From Octopus bimaculoides (Eukaryota), in assembly GCF_001194135.2 (NCBI RefSeq), contig NC_068981.1, positions 121,266,358 to 121,313,046 on the forward strand: a stretch of DNA of 46,689 bases. Reading direction: 5' to 3'. Positions 36,109-46,689 of the stretch are shown here, piece by piece (the stretch's first letter is position 1; each line of letters opens with the position of its first letter). A program made the position numbers and the translations under genes. The notes beneath the pieces are model-generated. The model was given only the letters and a program-made list of their open reading frames with translations. It had not been told where the DNA came from and searched no databases.

Positions 36109-36987
36109 TATATATATATATATATTATATATATATATATATNNNNNNNNNNNNNNNNNNNNNNNNNNNNNNNNNNNNNNNNNNNNNNNNNNNNNNNNNN
36201 NNNNNNNNNNNNNNNNNNNNNNNNNNNNNNNNNNNNNNNNNNNNNNNNNNNNNNNNNNNNNNNNNNNNNNNNNNNNNNNNNNNNNNNNNNNNNNNNNNNN
36301 NNNNNNNNNNNNNNNNNNNNNNNNNNNNNNNNNNNNNNNNNNNNNNNNNNNNNNNNNNNNNNNNNNNNNNNNNNNNNNNNNNNNNNNNNNNNNNNNNNNN
36401 NNNNNNNNNNNNNNNNNNNNNNNNNNNNNNNNNNNNNNNNNNNNNNNNNNNNNNNNNNNNNNNNNNNNNNNNNNNNNNNNNNNNNNNNNNNNNNNNNNNN
36501 NNNNNNNNNNNNNNNNNNNNNNNNNNNNNNNNNNNNNNNNNNNNNNNNNNNNNNNNNNNNNNNNNNNNNNNNNNNNNNNNNNNNNNNNNNNNNNNNNNNN
36601 NNNNNNNNNNNNNNNNNNNNNNNNNNNNNNNNNNNNNNNNNNNNNNNNNNNNNNNNNNNNNNNNNNNNNNNNNNNNNNNNNNNNNNNNNNNNNNNNNNNN
36701 NNNNNNNNNNNNNNNNNNNNNNNNNNNNNNNNNNNNNNNNNNNNNNNNNNNNNNNNNNNNNNNNNNNNNNNNNNNNNNNNNNNNNNNNNNNNNNNNNNNN
36801 NNNNNNNNNNNNNNNNNNNNNNNNNNNNNNNNNNNNNNNNNNNNNNNNNNNNNNNNNNNNNNNNNNNNNNNNNNNNNNNNNNNNNNNNNNNNNNNNNNNN
36901 NNNNNNNNNNNNNNNNNNNNNNNNNNTATATATGTGTGTGTGTGTGTGTGTGTGTATATAAAATATAGATTTATAAAATACATATAA

Positions 36988-37226
36988 AATTAAATATTGG
37001 ATAAAATCTATATAAGAATTTATCAAGTAGTCAGCAGGGAAACCATTTAAGGGAAAACATTTGTTATTATTCTCTTTAAATACATTTAAGTGATAATATT
37101 GAGATAATAAATCCAATAATTTCGGCAGGTAAAAGTTTACCAACTTCAATACCGTTTTCGCGCTTAGTGTGTTCTCCACGAGGCAAAAGTAGAGTCACTA
37201 TTTCAATTTTCGCTCATACCTTAGAT
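36988..37226 (-). pseudogene. Channel repeat A, S6/proximal C-linker (reading frame ambiguous)
   Basis: Acceptor tttttattcttag; LYFCLVENTLSAKTVLKLVNFYLPKLLDLLSQYY fits post-S6 helices by position. A second frame looks CNBD-like, so the assignment is uncertain. Confidence 0.35.
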
Positions 37227-38079
37227 CTAAGAATAAAAATTATACTCTTAAAAACGTGTATGATCGACTGATAGTAGTAGCCAAATACCGTTGGTTTTAT
37301 ATTTTCGTTTATATTTACAAGAGCCCAGTCCATCCATATGAGGGGGAAAAACAACAGAATGGGCCGACAGCATAAGCCTATATCACCATTTTATCAAGTG
37401 AGTACACTGTAAAATTGTCAAATGATTTCTTAGCTTGTAGTGCTGGGCTTAACTGGAGAAATTAATGGGAAACATCTCCAGTCTATACTTAGAATCACAT
37501 ATGTACTCTAGTTTTTCAGTACTTCATTGATACCTCGGTAAACGAAACCCTTATCACACTCCCTGATGATTATAATGAAACATGTAAAAATCTCACAAAT
37601 TTTCGACAGCATAAAATACGAAGAGCGATGTAGCATATCAAATATTTCTATATACTAAAGTATGTTTAATGCTAAGAACATATCTAACGGCTTTTGACAA
37701 ATACAAATTATGTTTTCACATACAAAATTATTTGATAGTTAAATTATATGCCGTTTTTGTATCTTAGGTCGGATTAAATCAATATGGTACTTTAGAACAT
37801 TGTAGATCGTTGAAATAGTGTAGAATTAAACATTGTTCTGCTGTTATTTCTCTTAATTGTCTCGATTTACTTTCCACTTAATCAGCCATTGCTATTTATT
37901 CTTCTACAGATGATAAATTTAGCATCAGTCACAACAAGACTACACATTTTAATGCAATCATATAAATGAATAAATCTAACCCAATATTTGCCTGGCACAT
38001 TATTTTACTATTAGAAAGAATAAATTTGCCATTCACTTGGTTGATGATTATAAAGAACCAGACAACAACTGAAGTCAAT

Positions 38080-38881
38080 TAGCCCCGCTTCCAATTCTCA
38101 TAACCTCCATGCAGTAATAGTCTTTAATCCAAAGTATTCCAAAGCAGTACAACCAAAGAATTTGGCATATATCGCATGCATAATCTCTCATATCTTTGCT
38201 AACTGAGTCGCTATTATCCACGTGCAATATTTGCAAGAATTCCACCCACCCTAAGAATATCGTCACTCTGGTGCGCTTCTGCTCTGCATTCAGGCATTTC
38301 AGCGCTCATTTTGCGGAAATATTTCTCTTGTCCAGTATGTTGGGGAGGATGTAGCCAACTCTTTCGCATGAAACCCCCAAAGTCTCAGCTTCGACTTTAG
38401 CTGAAATACAGTGATCCTCAAGAATCCTGACGTGCACAGCGTCAGCTTTGTCCTCTGTGGTTGCGGATATTGGCCGTCCTGAGCAGGTATCATCTGTGAC
38501 TTCGAAATTACCAGTCCAAATCTAGATTTTCACTGTGGAGTTTGATGGGCAGCCATCCTTCAAGACTTCATTCATCTCGCCATGAATTTCTGTCGCTTCT
38601 TTGCTTGCAAAAAGGGGAACTTCATGACCTACCGTGCAGTGCTTCCATTTTAACAAAGTCCACTGTAGAAGCTGACTTTATGCGTTAAACCTGCAAAAAG
38701 ATAGAAAGATATATTGTATATATCATGACTTTTTGCATATCTTCTAAATAATTGTCCTACCTCCACTGTAACGGTAACAGCTCTACCATTTCGCGATACC
38801 CTTAAAACCAGGAACTTTAAGGTAACAGCTCTACCATTTCGCGATACTCTTAAAGACGGGAACTTTTCAGCACCCCTTCGT
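38080..38881 (-). mobile_element. Mariner element 5' part (TIR plus N-terminal transposase)
   Basis: TIR-like acgaaggggtgctgaaaagtt at 38861-38881; GNFEVTDDTCSGRP...ETLGVS..RVGYIL...KRNISAK (GRP and WVP regions). Confidence 0.8.
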
Positions 38882-39434
38882 GCAAACAGATCACAAGATA
38901 ATATCATATATCATCATATATCACCCATGTTAGCTTTAGATAACCCAGACTTAAACCCATCTAAGTAGCTATAAATGTTTGTCCTTGTAATCTTTGATTA
39001 TCATTTTCGGCGATCTCACATGCATCACATAACAAAATTCGTATCCTAAAATTTGTGTTCCCGTTCGAAGCAAAGATACTTCGGTTCTGCTTACCTCCTG
39101 ATTCTCTACGAAACTCAATGAAATCTACAATGGAATAAAGTTACCACCGATGGCATATATGAGTACACATACAAAGAGTCACGACCACCAAAATTAGCAA
39201 GTCACCACACCAGCCCACAATCTGCAGGACATAATCCTAGTGTCTCATTATTCTGATTAGCCAATAGTAACTACAACGGTCCCTGTTCTTTCGAAATAAT
39301 TAACTGCCTACAATTTAGGCCACGGATACACTCCACACTCCTCCTTTCGTTACTCATGCAAGCAGTCGCTTTACTAACTATTATTTCTAATTTTCTCGAA
39401 ACAGTGCATTAATCTTGTACTATTCACTTTCTAC

Positions 39435-39580
39435 CTACAATTTTATTGTAAATACATTTCCACCAGAGCGGTGGGATATCTTCACTTGAAAAAGACGCCA
39501 AAAAAAGCATGCAGAGCAATTAACTGAGAACTCGCAATTGTATAAATCATACCTTTACACCTATTTGACAATAGTAATAT
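39435..39580 (-). pseudogene. Channel repeat A, S5 segment (frameshifted)
   Basis: Acceptor catgtttcag and donor-like gtagaa. KGMIYTIASSQLIA then, in another frame, NCSACFFWRLF (S5 'H..AC.wy'). Confidence 0.5.
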
Positions 39581-39775
39581 CTGAAACATGTATAATATGG
39601 AAATATACGCAGTTATTTATTTGAAAAACTCTTTAGGAGTGGAATTACGATCGTTATGTGAAGAAATAAACTTTATCTTAAATAAACAAAGAACTATGAA
39701 TTGTTTTATTGTGCCTGTTTCAGAGATTATTGTTTCCTTTTCATTTCTCAGTGACACACAGAGCTGATAATTTAA

Positions 39776-39816
<41 letters not shown>

Positions 39817-39821
<5 letters not shown>

Positions 39822-40245
39822 ACGTATCAAAACGTTCCTGGACTAGGTATGTTTAATAAGAAATAACTTACTTACCAAAGTCTTAACATCATCTCCTACG
39901 AAAGAGTTATCTTGCGTAGAAATACACCGGTCCCAGCGTCCTTTTTACTTTTAGGATCTGGCCTGGAAGTCATTTTCCGTGAGTTGAAGACCTTCTGCGA
40001 TTCACTCACGATCTCGACAACGGTGGTTAAACGGTGACCTGTGAGCTACATTTTCATTTTGGGGAAGCGATGGAAGTCTGCAGATAAAAAATGTGGCGAA
40101 TAAGGCGGGCGTGGAAGCGATACCATGTTTTTTTTGGCGAAAAATTCTCATATGAGGAGAGCTCGGTGACAGAGCGCATTGTCATTCGGAAGAATCCAAT
40201 TCTTCGCACTCCACAAATCTGGTCCCTTTCGCCGAACGTACCTCG
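39817..40245 (-). mobile_element. Mariner transposase C-terminal fragment with 3' TIR
   Basis: RKGPDLW..KNWILPNDNALCH...RPPYSPHFLSADF..FPKMK (DNA/YSPDL motifs). Confidence 0.85.
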
Positions 40246-40507
40246 TATGTGTGCGTATGTGTGTGTGTGTGTGTGTGTGCGTGCGCGTGTGAGTGTGTGT
40301 GTGTGTGTCCATGTCCATTAGTAGCTTATCGGAAGTAACATAAATGTTCTCTCTTGATTTGCTTATAATGCGTAAATAGGCTATATAATTAAACAGTATA
40401 TAACCACACTGAATGCATTACTTTAAATTACTAGTTTTCATTTTCTTTGAAGAGTAGTCAGTAGTTTTCTATTATGAATATTTCTCATGAAACTGGAAGG
40501 GATTCGA

Positions 40508-40750
40508 CTACGTTTCTTTAGATGTTTTTGTGTGTCTTGGATATGTGGTAGGAGAATGGACAATCTGAACGGTTCTGAAGCGGTTAAAGATTGGTAAGAA
40601 CCGGCTAACGAAGGTGAAAATAGGAAAAGGTAACTGAAATGTCCCTATGACATGACAGTCAAAGACATAATTCAGTGTGAATGCTAAATGCTGTAGAGAC
40701 TTCAGAGACTGAAATGATTCGGATTCTGTTAAGGTGAACTTTGGAGACAA
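40508..40750 (-). pseudogene. Channel repeat A, S3-S4 segment
   Basis: VFDCHVIGTFQLPFPIF...LPIFNRFRTVQIV matches S3 'D...lP' and S4 'NRxxR'. Confidence 0.6.
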
Positions 40751-40876
40751 CTTGGTTTTCTGTTATTAGTGCAATGGGGAAATACGTGACACATAAGTGG
40801 ACATGAACCACAAAACACAACTTCAATAACTAAAGTAGTTATGATGCTATAATTTATTTAGCAGAGGCACAAAATA

Positions 40877-41147
40877 TCAACATATTTTTGCCGTATTAAC
40901 TTGAGTTACAATAATATTTAATGGACGAAAGATAGATGGATAGAACGGAGTCGTAAGTCCGTCTGTTTTAAATTGTGTGGTTATAAACATCTCGATGCAG
41001 TTGGAGCAAACAATAGCACTGGGCAATACGCAGTGAGTATATTTTGCTATGTCTATTTGGCAGCAGGTCAGTTGCGAAAAGAACCGCAAACGGATTTCTT
41101 GAAGGAACGTCGAATTCCGTGCAACACGTTCGCCGTTCCACTGTGAT
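40877..41147 (-). pseudogene. Channel repeat A, probable S2 segment
   Basis: Acceptor-like ttcttttcgacag; CIEMFITTQFKTDGL resembles the S2 'D-i-x-i-x-f-x-T...G' pattern. Confidence 0.4.
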
Positions 41148-41461
41148 GAGATCGACTTCTGTCGAAAAGAAATGAATAAATGCATAAACAAATGCGTATT
41201 CTCACAAATAGCTCAAAGGCATTTCTCATTTACATTAATGTCGGACAGATAATGAAATATGGTTAGAAATGTTTGGCAAAATTTTCAGCATTAGTTTATG
41301 ATGATGAAGTGTAGCGAAACATTCTAAACGCCAATTACGCGAAGTAAACAAAAACCTTGATGAGAAACAAGAATAGAATTTACAACCCGACATTGAAAGA
41401 AAATTTATTGTAAACCAATTAAAATATATTTTGTGCTTCTCAACCAGAAAGTGGTTTCATG

Positions 41462-41660
41462 TTAAGTTTGAGAACAGAGAAAGTGTGTGTAAGAAAGAAA
41501 TGAAGCAAACAATGGGATCAATAGGAAAAGGAGAAGAAAAATAGTTATGGAAAATAAGGAATGGTTTGCGAAGAGGGTTGAGGGAGAACACACTATTGAT
41601 ATTCCAGAGGAAGTTTTCGTTCTTGAATAACTCATTATATCGCTTCGAATTAAAGGAACA
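41462..41660 (-). pseudogene. Channel repeat A, S1 segment
   Basis: ORF 41462-41692 contains IVCSPSTLFANHSLFSITIFLLLFLLIPLFASF, matching the pre-S1 'xxPxs' and S1-end 'iPxxxaF' pattern. Confidence 0.6.
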
Positions 41661-42519
41661 CCCTCAATGAAAAATATGTAAACATCACTCACGAAACATA
41701 AAAATACGTAGACGCATGCGTGGAAACATACTCCAACTCACCAACGAATATACGCAAAACAAAAACTAGAGTCATAAAAATACACTCGTGCATGCACACA
41801 CATATAAAGACATGCAAATGGGAACATAAGTGTTCACATATTCGCCCCTGTAAAAGTATACGGACACACTGAAATGCAAAGTGAATGTGAAGCGGTAAAT
41901 CGCCCAAAACCCATAGCCAACACACAACACACACACACACACACATACCCCCCGCACGCACGCACTCACACACACGTATATTGGGCGGTTAGATTTCCTT
42001 CCATTTATCTTTTCATACTTATTTTTCATCAACTGTTTTAAAAATTCCGTCAATTAGTCCATAATATATTCTGCTTCATTGTTCACAACTTCTTGCCAGC
42101 GGTGTCAATGGCATGATGGTAGAAATAACTGGGTTTTGAAGAATTCATTAAGTCACTTTTTAAACTCCACGTCGATGTTGAACAAATCAACTCACAAACT
42201 GTTCAAGAGCAATAATCTGAAGACGTTATAACAGGAAAATATAGTGCGAGCGAAAGAACTTCCTAGCTGAGCGTTTGAATCGCATTTTAGGAGAAATCAG
42301 GCACATGGTAGCGAGGGTTGTAGTGTTGAAGAAATGCACTTTATCAAGTTTTTTCTTTCTTACTTTACCCATCGAAAGAAGATGGTGAGCAACAATATCA
42401 TTAGCATTATTAATGTCGTTATTATTATTATTGAGTGAGAGAGCAGTGCATGCCATCAAAGTGACACTGGCGTAAATATACGAAGCCCAAAATACCCATC
42501 ATGACTACCCGTCTGATAA

Positions 42520-42987
42520 GGGTACAGCAGACACATGCATCACAACCATATGTGCGCGACATGGTGATCTCATATCAAGATAAACAGCGCATGACCTCGC
42601 AGGTGGGCCCAGTTAGAATTTTCTTCAGGTCGAGTAGCCCATCCCGCTAAAATGGTCCCTGAATAAGTTTTGTTTAAAGATGTTGAGCAAAACACCCATG
42701 TTTCCAAAGGTGCATTATTCAAAACCCCAAGATTTCCTCTCAACACATGGCTATGATGCTCCCCCACTACGTCTGCTCATTATCAGAGATTCACATATCG
42801 TCAGCCACCAAGGGACATGTTCAACTGGTTAAGGTCAATCAACTGACAAGCAAATCTGTGGTATTGAGCAGAATATTTGCTGTAGCCCATCTTTTATACC
42901 AAGACAAAACACTGTACATGATAACACTTCCAACCAATTAAGATCAGAAACCATGAGAGCCACTGCTTGGTACTGCATCCGGGCATA

Positions 42988-42990
<3 letters not shown>
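42520..42990 (-). mobile_element. Dispersed repeat, probably LINE 3' UTR pieces
   Basis: Adjacent to trinucleotide tails, with composition and motifs recalled from octopus repeats; family not resolved. Confidence 0.4.
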
Positions 42991-43042
<52 letters not shown>

Positions 43043-43210
43043 GATGCTGATCATCATCATCATCTTCATCATCATCATCTTCATCATCATCATCTTCATC
43101 ATCATCATCATCATCTTCATTATCATCATCATCACCATTATTATTATTACTCTTCTTCTTCTTCTTCTTCTTCTTCTTCTTCTTCTTCTTCTTCTTCCTA
43201 TTATTATTAT
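42988..43210. repeat. Compound (TAT)n-(CAT/CTT)n-(TTC)n microsatellite
   Basis: Directly visible. Confidence 0.95.
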
Positions 43211-43339
43211 CGTTTTACTTCTCAGAACGTTTGGTCTTATTTGTTCTGGCAGATTCTGTGAGAGCAGACAGCAGCTTGCTGTCAGAGGTCTCACAATTTT
43301 TTTCCCGCACATTGTAATTTTTGATACTTTGTTGTTAAT

Positions 43340-43830
43340 TATCGTGGGAGACATTCGACATCCAAGTGCCAATGTCAAAATCCTAGCTGTCCCCAGCAGA
43401 GCAGTGTTTTGGGCTTGCTCTGCTCTCATATCAATTCCGATTTCTTTGACAAATTTCTCAAACTTGGTTATTAGTACTCCAAGTGCCCATATAACTACTG
43501 GAATTACAGACACTCTCCTAATAGACCACTTTCATGGAATTTCGTCGTTTAGTAGTCTCTACTTTTCCGTCTTTCCTAGTTCTTTACCACTTTTACGTGC
43601 ATCTCTAGGTATTGCAATATCTATGATCTTGGTTTCCATTTTTCCTTATCTACCACAACAATATTTGGTTTCCGAGACCTGATAAGGGAGTCACATTTGA
43701 TTGTAAGATCACACAGTATCTTATGTTCCTTGTTATCGGTAACTCCTTCTGGTTCATGTTCATACCATTTCCATGCTCTGTTCAGGCTGTACTTTTCCCA
43801 TAGCCTTCAGTGAACGAAGCCATGAACATA
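43340..43830 (-). mobile_element. R4/Dong-like LINE C-terminal (RLE) fragment
   Basis: SVIPVVIWALG...AQNTALLGTARIL. Confidence 0.85.
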
Positions 43831-43933
43831 GCTATGTTAACCTGCCTCGTTTTGTAGTCCTTTTGGGCCAGCTTGCTAAACTCACTCACAATATGTGAGA
43901 TTGTTTCGATACTGCTGTCACAGAGAAACGTGG

Positions 43934-43934
<1 letters not shown>

Positions 43935-44030
<96 letters not shown>

Positions 44031-44043
44031 CAACAACAACAAC

Positions 44044-44103
<60 letters not shown>
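43935..44103. repeat. (AAT)n/(AAC)n microsatellite
   Basis: Directly visible. Confidence 0.95.
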
Positions 44104-44104
<1 letters not shown>

Positions 44105-44105
<1 letters not shown>

Positions 44106-45280
44106 GCTCTCTCACTCCTGTTCTGCCTGGCACTCACACCATTAACTGAATTGCTAAATAGAACTGGATGCGGATACAAATATTACGGCAAAACAGTCAG
44201 CCACCTTTTATATATGGACGACCTAAAATTATACGCTGGAAATGACAAAGAGCTGGAAACACTACTACAGAGATGCCAAGGAAATAGATATGAAATTCGG
44301 ATTAGAAAAATGTGCCAAAGCAACCCTGAAAAGAGGAAAATTAGTTAAAAGTAGCAACATCACACTAAATAAAGCCAATGAAATAAGAGAACTAGACGAA
44401 AGCCAGCCATACAAATATTTATGAGTCAATGAACTAGATAGGATACAACACACACAAATGAAAGAAAAAATAAAGAAAGAGTACTATAGACGAGTTAGAT
44501 CAATACTAAAAACAGAGCTCAATGCTAAAAACAAGATAATAGGTATTAACACTTTAGCTGTACCAGTTATAAGTTACAGCTACNNNNNNNNNNNNNNNNN
44601 NNNNNNNNNNNNNNNNNNNNNNNNNNNNNNNNNNNNNNNNNNNNNNNNNNNNNNNNNNNNNNNNNNNNNNNNNNNNNNNNNNNNNNNNNNNNNNNNNNNN
44701 NNNNNNNNNNNNNNNNNNNNNNNNNNNNNNNNNNNNNNNNNNNNNNNNNNNNNNNNNNNNNNNNNNNNNNNNNNNNNNNNNNNNNNNNNNNNNNNNNNNN
44801 NNNNNNNNNNNNNNNNNNNNNNNNNNNNNNNNNNNNNNNNNNNNNNNNNNNNNNNNATACGAAGAAGAAGAAGAAACAACAAAAGCTATAAAACAATTGA
44901 AATCCAAACTAAAACTAGAACAGCAACGGACCATGATAAAACGATGGCAAGAAAAGCCCCTACATGGTAAATACTGGGCTAAACTAAATGCAAAAGACAT
45001 AGACAGAGAAAAATCCCAGCAATGGTTGAGAAGCTCAGGACTCAAAGCAGAGACTGAAGGATTTTTAATTGCTGCACAAGACCAAAGCCTCCCCACCAGA
45101 AATTAGCAAAAACATATAATGAAAAGAAACATAACAAGTAACTGTAGAATATGTAGAGATGGACAAGGAACAATAAATCATATTATCTCTGGCTGCCCAG
45201 TCCTGGCTAAGAAGGAATATATTCACAGACACGACAGAGCTGGGACCTATATACACTGGAAGCTATACCAACACTATAAT
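44105..45280 (+). mobile_element. R4/Dong-like LINE reverse transcriptase to zinc knuckle, with N gap
   Basis: HLLYMDDLKLY (RT active site); MKFGLEKCA; KPLHGKY; ETEGFLIAAQDQSL; CRIC...TINHIISGCP...HRHD. Confidence 0.92.
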
Positions 45281-45332
45281 TTGTAGTTTTGTTTATAATT
45301 TTTTTTTGTCTCTGACCATTTCTGCTATTTTG

Positions 45333-45700
45333 TCATCTGAGATTAGTGTACCAGTGAAGTTTTGTTCTGTTTGGTATTTCATCACCACCTTGTGTATCGA
45401 AAAAAAGTGATTTCTCTTTTTCTTGTTGCTTTATTATATGTAGTAGTCTTCCACTCTTTGTTTCTAAATATTTTTCTAATCCAACTATTGCTATTTTATA
45501 GTAGTTATGTATCTGTGTCAGGTCTCGACCCACTTCTGAGCGGGCTACATATATATTTTGTCTGTGTTTGCTTTGGGGTGGTGAATTCGGTATGCTGTTT
45601 AAAGTTTTCTGGTTTTTTCTAGCTAAGTTTCTCAATTCACTGATCTTCCAGTTTATGTTGAAGCTGTAATTTATGACTGATATGGCTAGCGTGTTTATCC
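45333..45700 (-). mobile_element. R4/Dong-like LINE fragment (post-RT region)
   Basis: INTLAISVINYSF..NW...EL; IYVARSEVGRDL. Confidence 0.8.
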
Positions 45701-45849
45701 TCCTCCTCCTGCTCCTCCCCCTCCTCCCCCTTCTGCTCCTGCTCCTGCTCCTGCTCCTCCTCCTCCTCCTCCTCCTCATCATCATCATCATCATCGTCGT
45801 CGTCGTCGTCGTCGTCGCCATCATGATCATCATCATCAATGTCATCCTA

Positions 45850-46440
45850 ATTGTTATTTGCTGAAAACTCTCAGCTTATTTTGCCGGGTATGATGGAAAG
45901 TGCCAGCAGTCCGCAGTCAGCAGAATAAGGTTACACTTGTCATCCTTCAAGAACTCTGCGTAGAATTCTTGCAGTTCCAAGCAATACCGATTTTTTGTAG
46001 GTGTTCTACCTTCACACTTGCAACAATCTTTTTCAGCCATGTTGGTCCGGCCTCATTCGTGACACGTTTTCCTTTTATTTTCTGTGTTTGTACGCGTGTG
46101 TTGTATAGGCATTATTTATGTTGCTTATAAGTATTAGCATGTGCAAATGGATGCATGGACAGTTGCATGTATAGGTAATTATTCAATTTATTGTAATTGG
46201 CGTGATTTTCCAGGGTTCCTGGTGCTGGTTTCGACTTCTCAGGTATGTCGCATTGAGATATCGCACACGTAAGAAAGAAACCACACGTTAAGTAACAAAA
46301 ATATTTCCGATTTTTTTTTAGTTCTTTTGCTTTAACAGAGCTTGTCCCAGAGTTGTATTGCGAAGTTTTCCTTCCATCGCACCGATGTCATTGGATTGTT
46401 TGTTTCGTGGAGAGAACTTTTAGTGTACATCCATGTTGTT
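45850..46440 (-). mobile_element. LINE fragment, probably R4/Dong-like and N-terminal of RT
   Basis: Purine-rich coding-like minus strand among flanking fragments of the same family; no decisive motif. Confidence 0.4.
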
Positions 46441-46464
46441 ATTTAGCCCGGAGCTATTCCTCTT

Positions 46465-46505
46465 ATTATGGTTGTTATTATTATTGTTATTATTATTATT
46501 ACTGC

Positions 46506-46575
<70 letters not shown>

Positions 46576-46689
46576 TTATGTTTGACTTTTGTTTTGCATG
46601 TGTACAAGTTGGATCCAAGTCTCACCCAGAGACCTCAAGAGACAACAAGTTAGAAGTTCATGTAGGTGTTATGCCTAGAGTACCATATA
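46465..46689 (-). mobile_element. LINE 3' end with long (AAT)n tail, runs off the window
   Basis: Duplicate of 31236-31348 plus (ATT)n. Confidence 0.75.

Noticed and set aside
37090-37215. Alternative frame KIEIVTLLLPRGEHTKRENGIEVGKLLPAEIIG that looks like a CNBD beta-roll
   Set aside because: It would put a CNBD before its C-linker (35.4 kb) with no room for another 6TM unit; the overlapping S6/C-linker frame fits the order better. Left unresolved.
42944-44179. Poly-His/Tyr/Ser, poly-Asn, poly-Ile and poly-Leu ORFs suggesting reflectin-like or His-rich structural proteins
   Set aside because: Pure trinucleotide microsatellites open in several frames on both strands, flanked by LINE fragments.

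Overview
AT-rich (eukaryotic) animal DNA crowded with microsatellites, tRNA-derived SINEs, non-LTR retrotransposon fragments and DNA-transposon relics, broken by seven N gaps. The repeat families look cephalopod/octopus-like (inference from recalled families, not a database hit). No intact protein-coding gene is visible. The main hidden structure is on the minus strand: from about 41.7 kb down to about 1.0 kb lie ordered, exon-like, stop-riddled segments whose manual translations match S1-S6, pore, C-linker and cyclic-nucleotide-binding (CNBD) consensus features of CNG/KCNH/CNGK-type channels. The 6TM+CNBD unit appears to recur six times, with the start of a seventh, which is more than the four repeats of known CNGK (tetraKCNG) channels. 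No GYG filter survives, so I call it a decayed pseudogene. That call rests on by-eye motif matching across stops and frameshifts and needs HMM confirmation. Other items: an ORF1-only LINE fragment splitting a SINE with a 6-bp duplication, a 5S rRNA pseudogene, a DD37D (maT-like) transposase relic, mariner MITEs with TIRs, a hAT fragment and a pile-up of R4/Dong-like LINEs.
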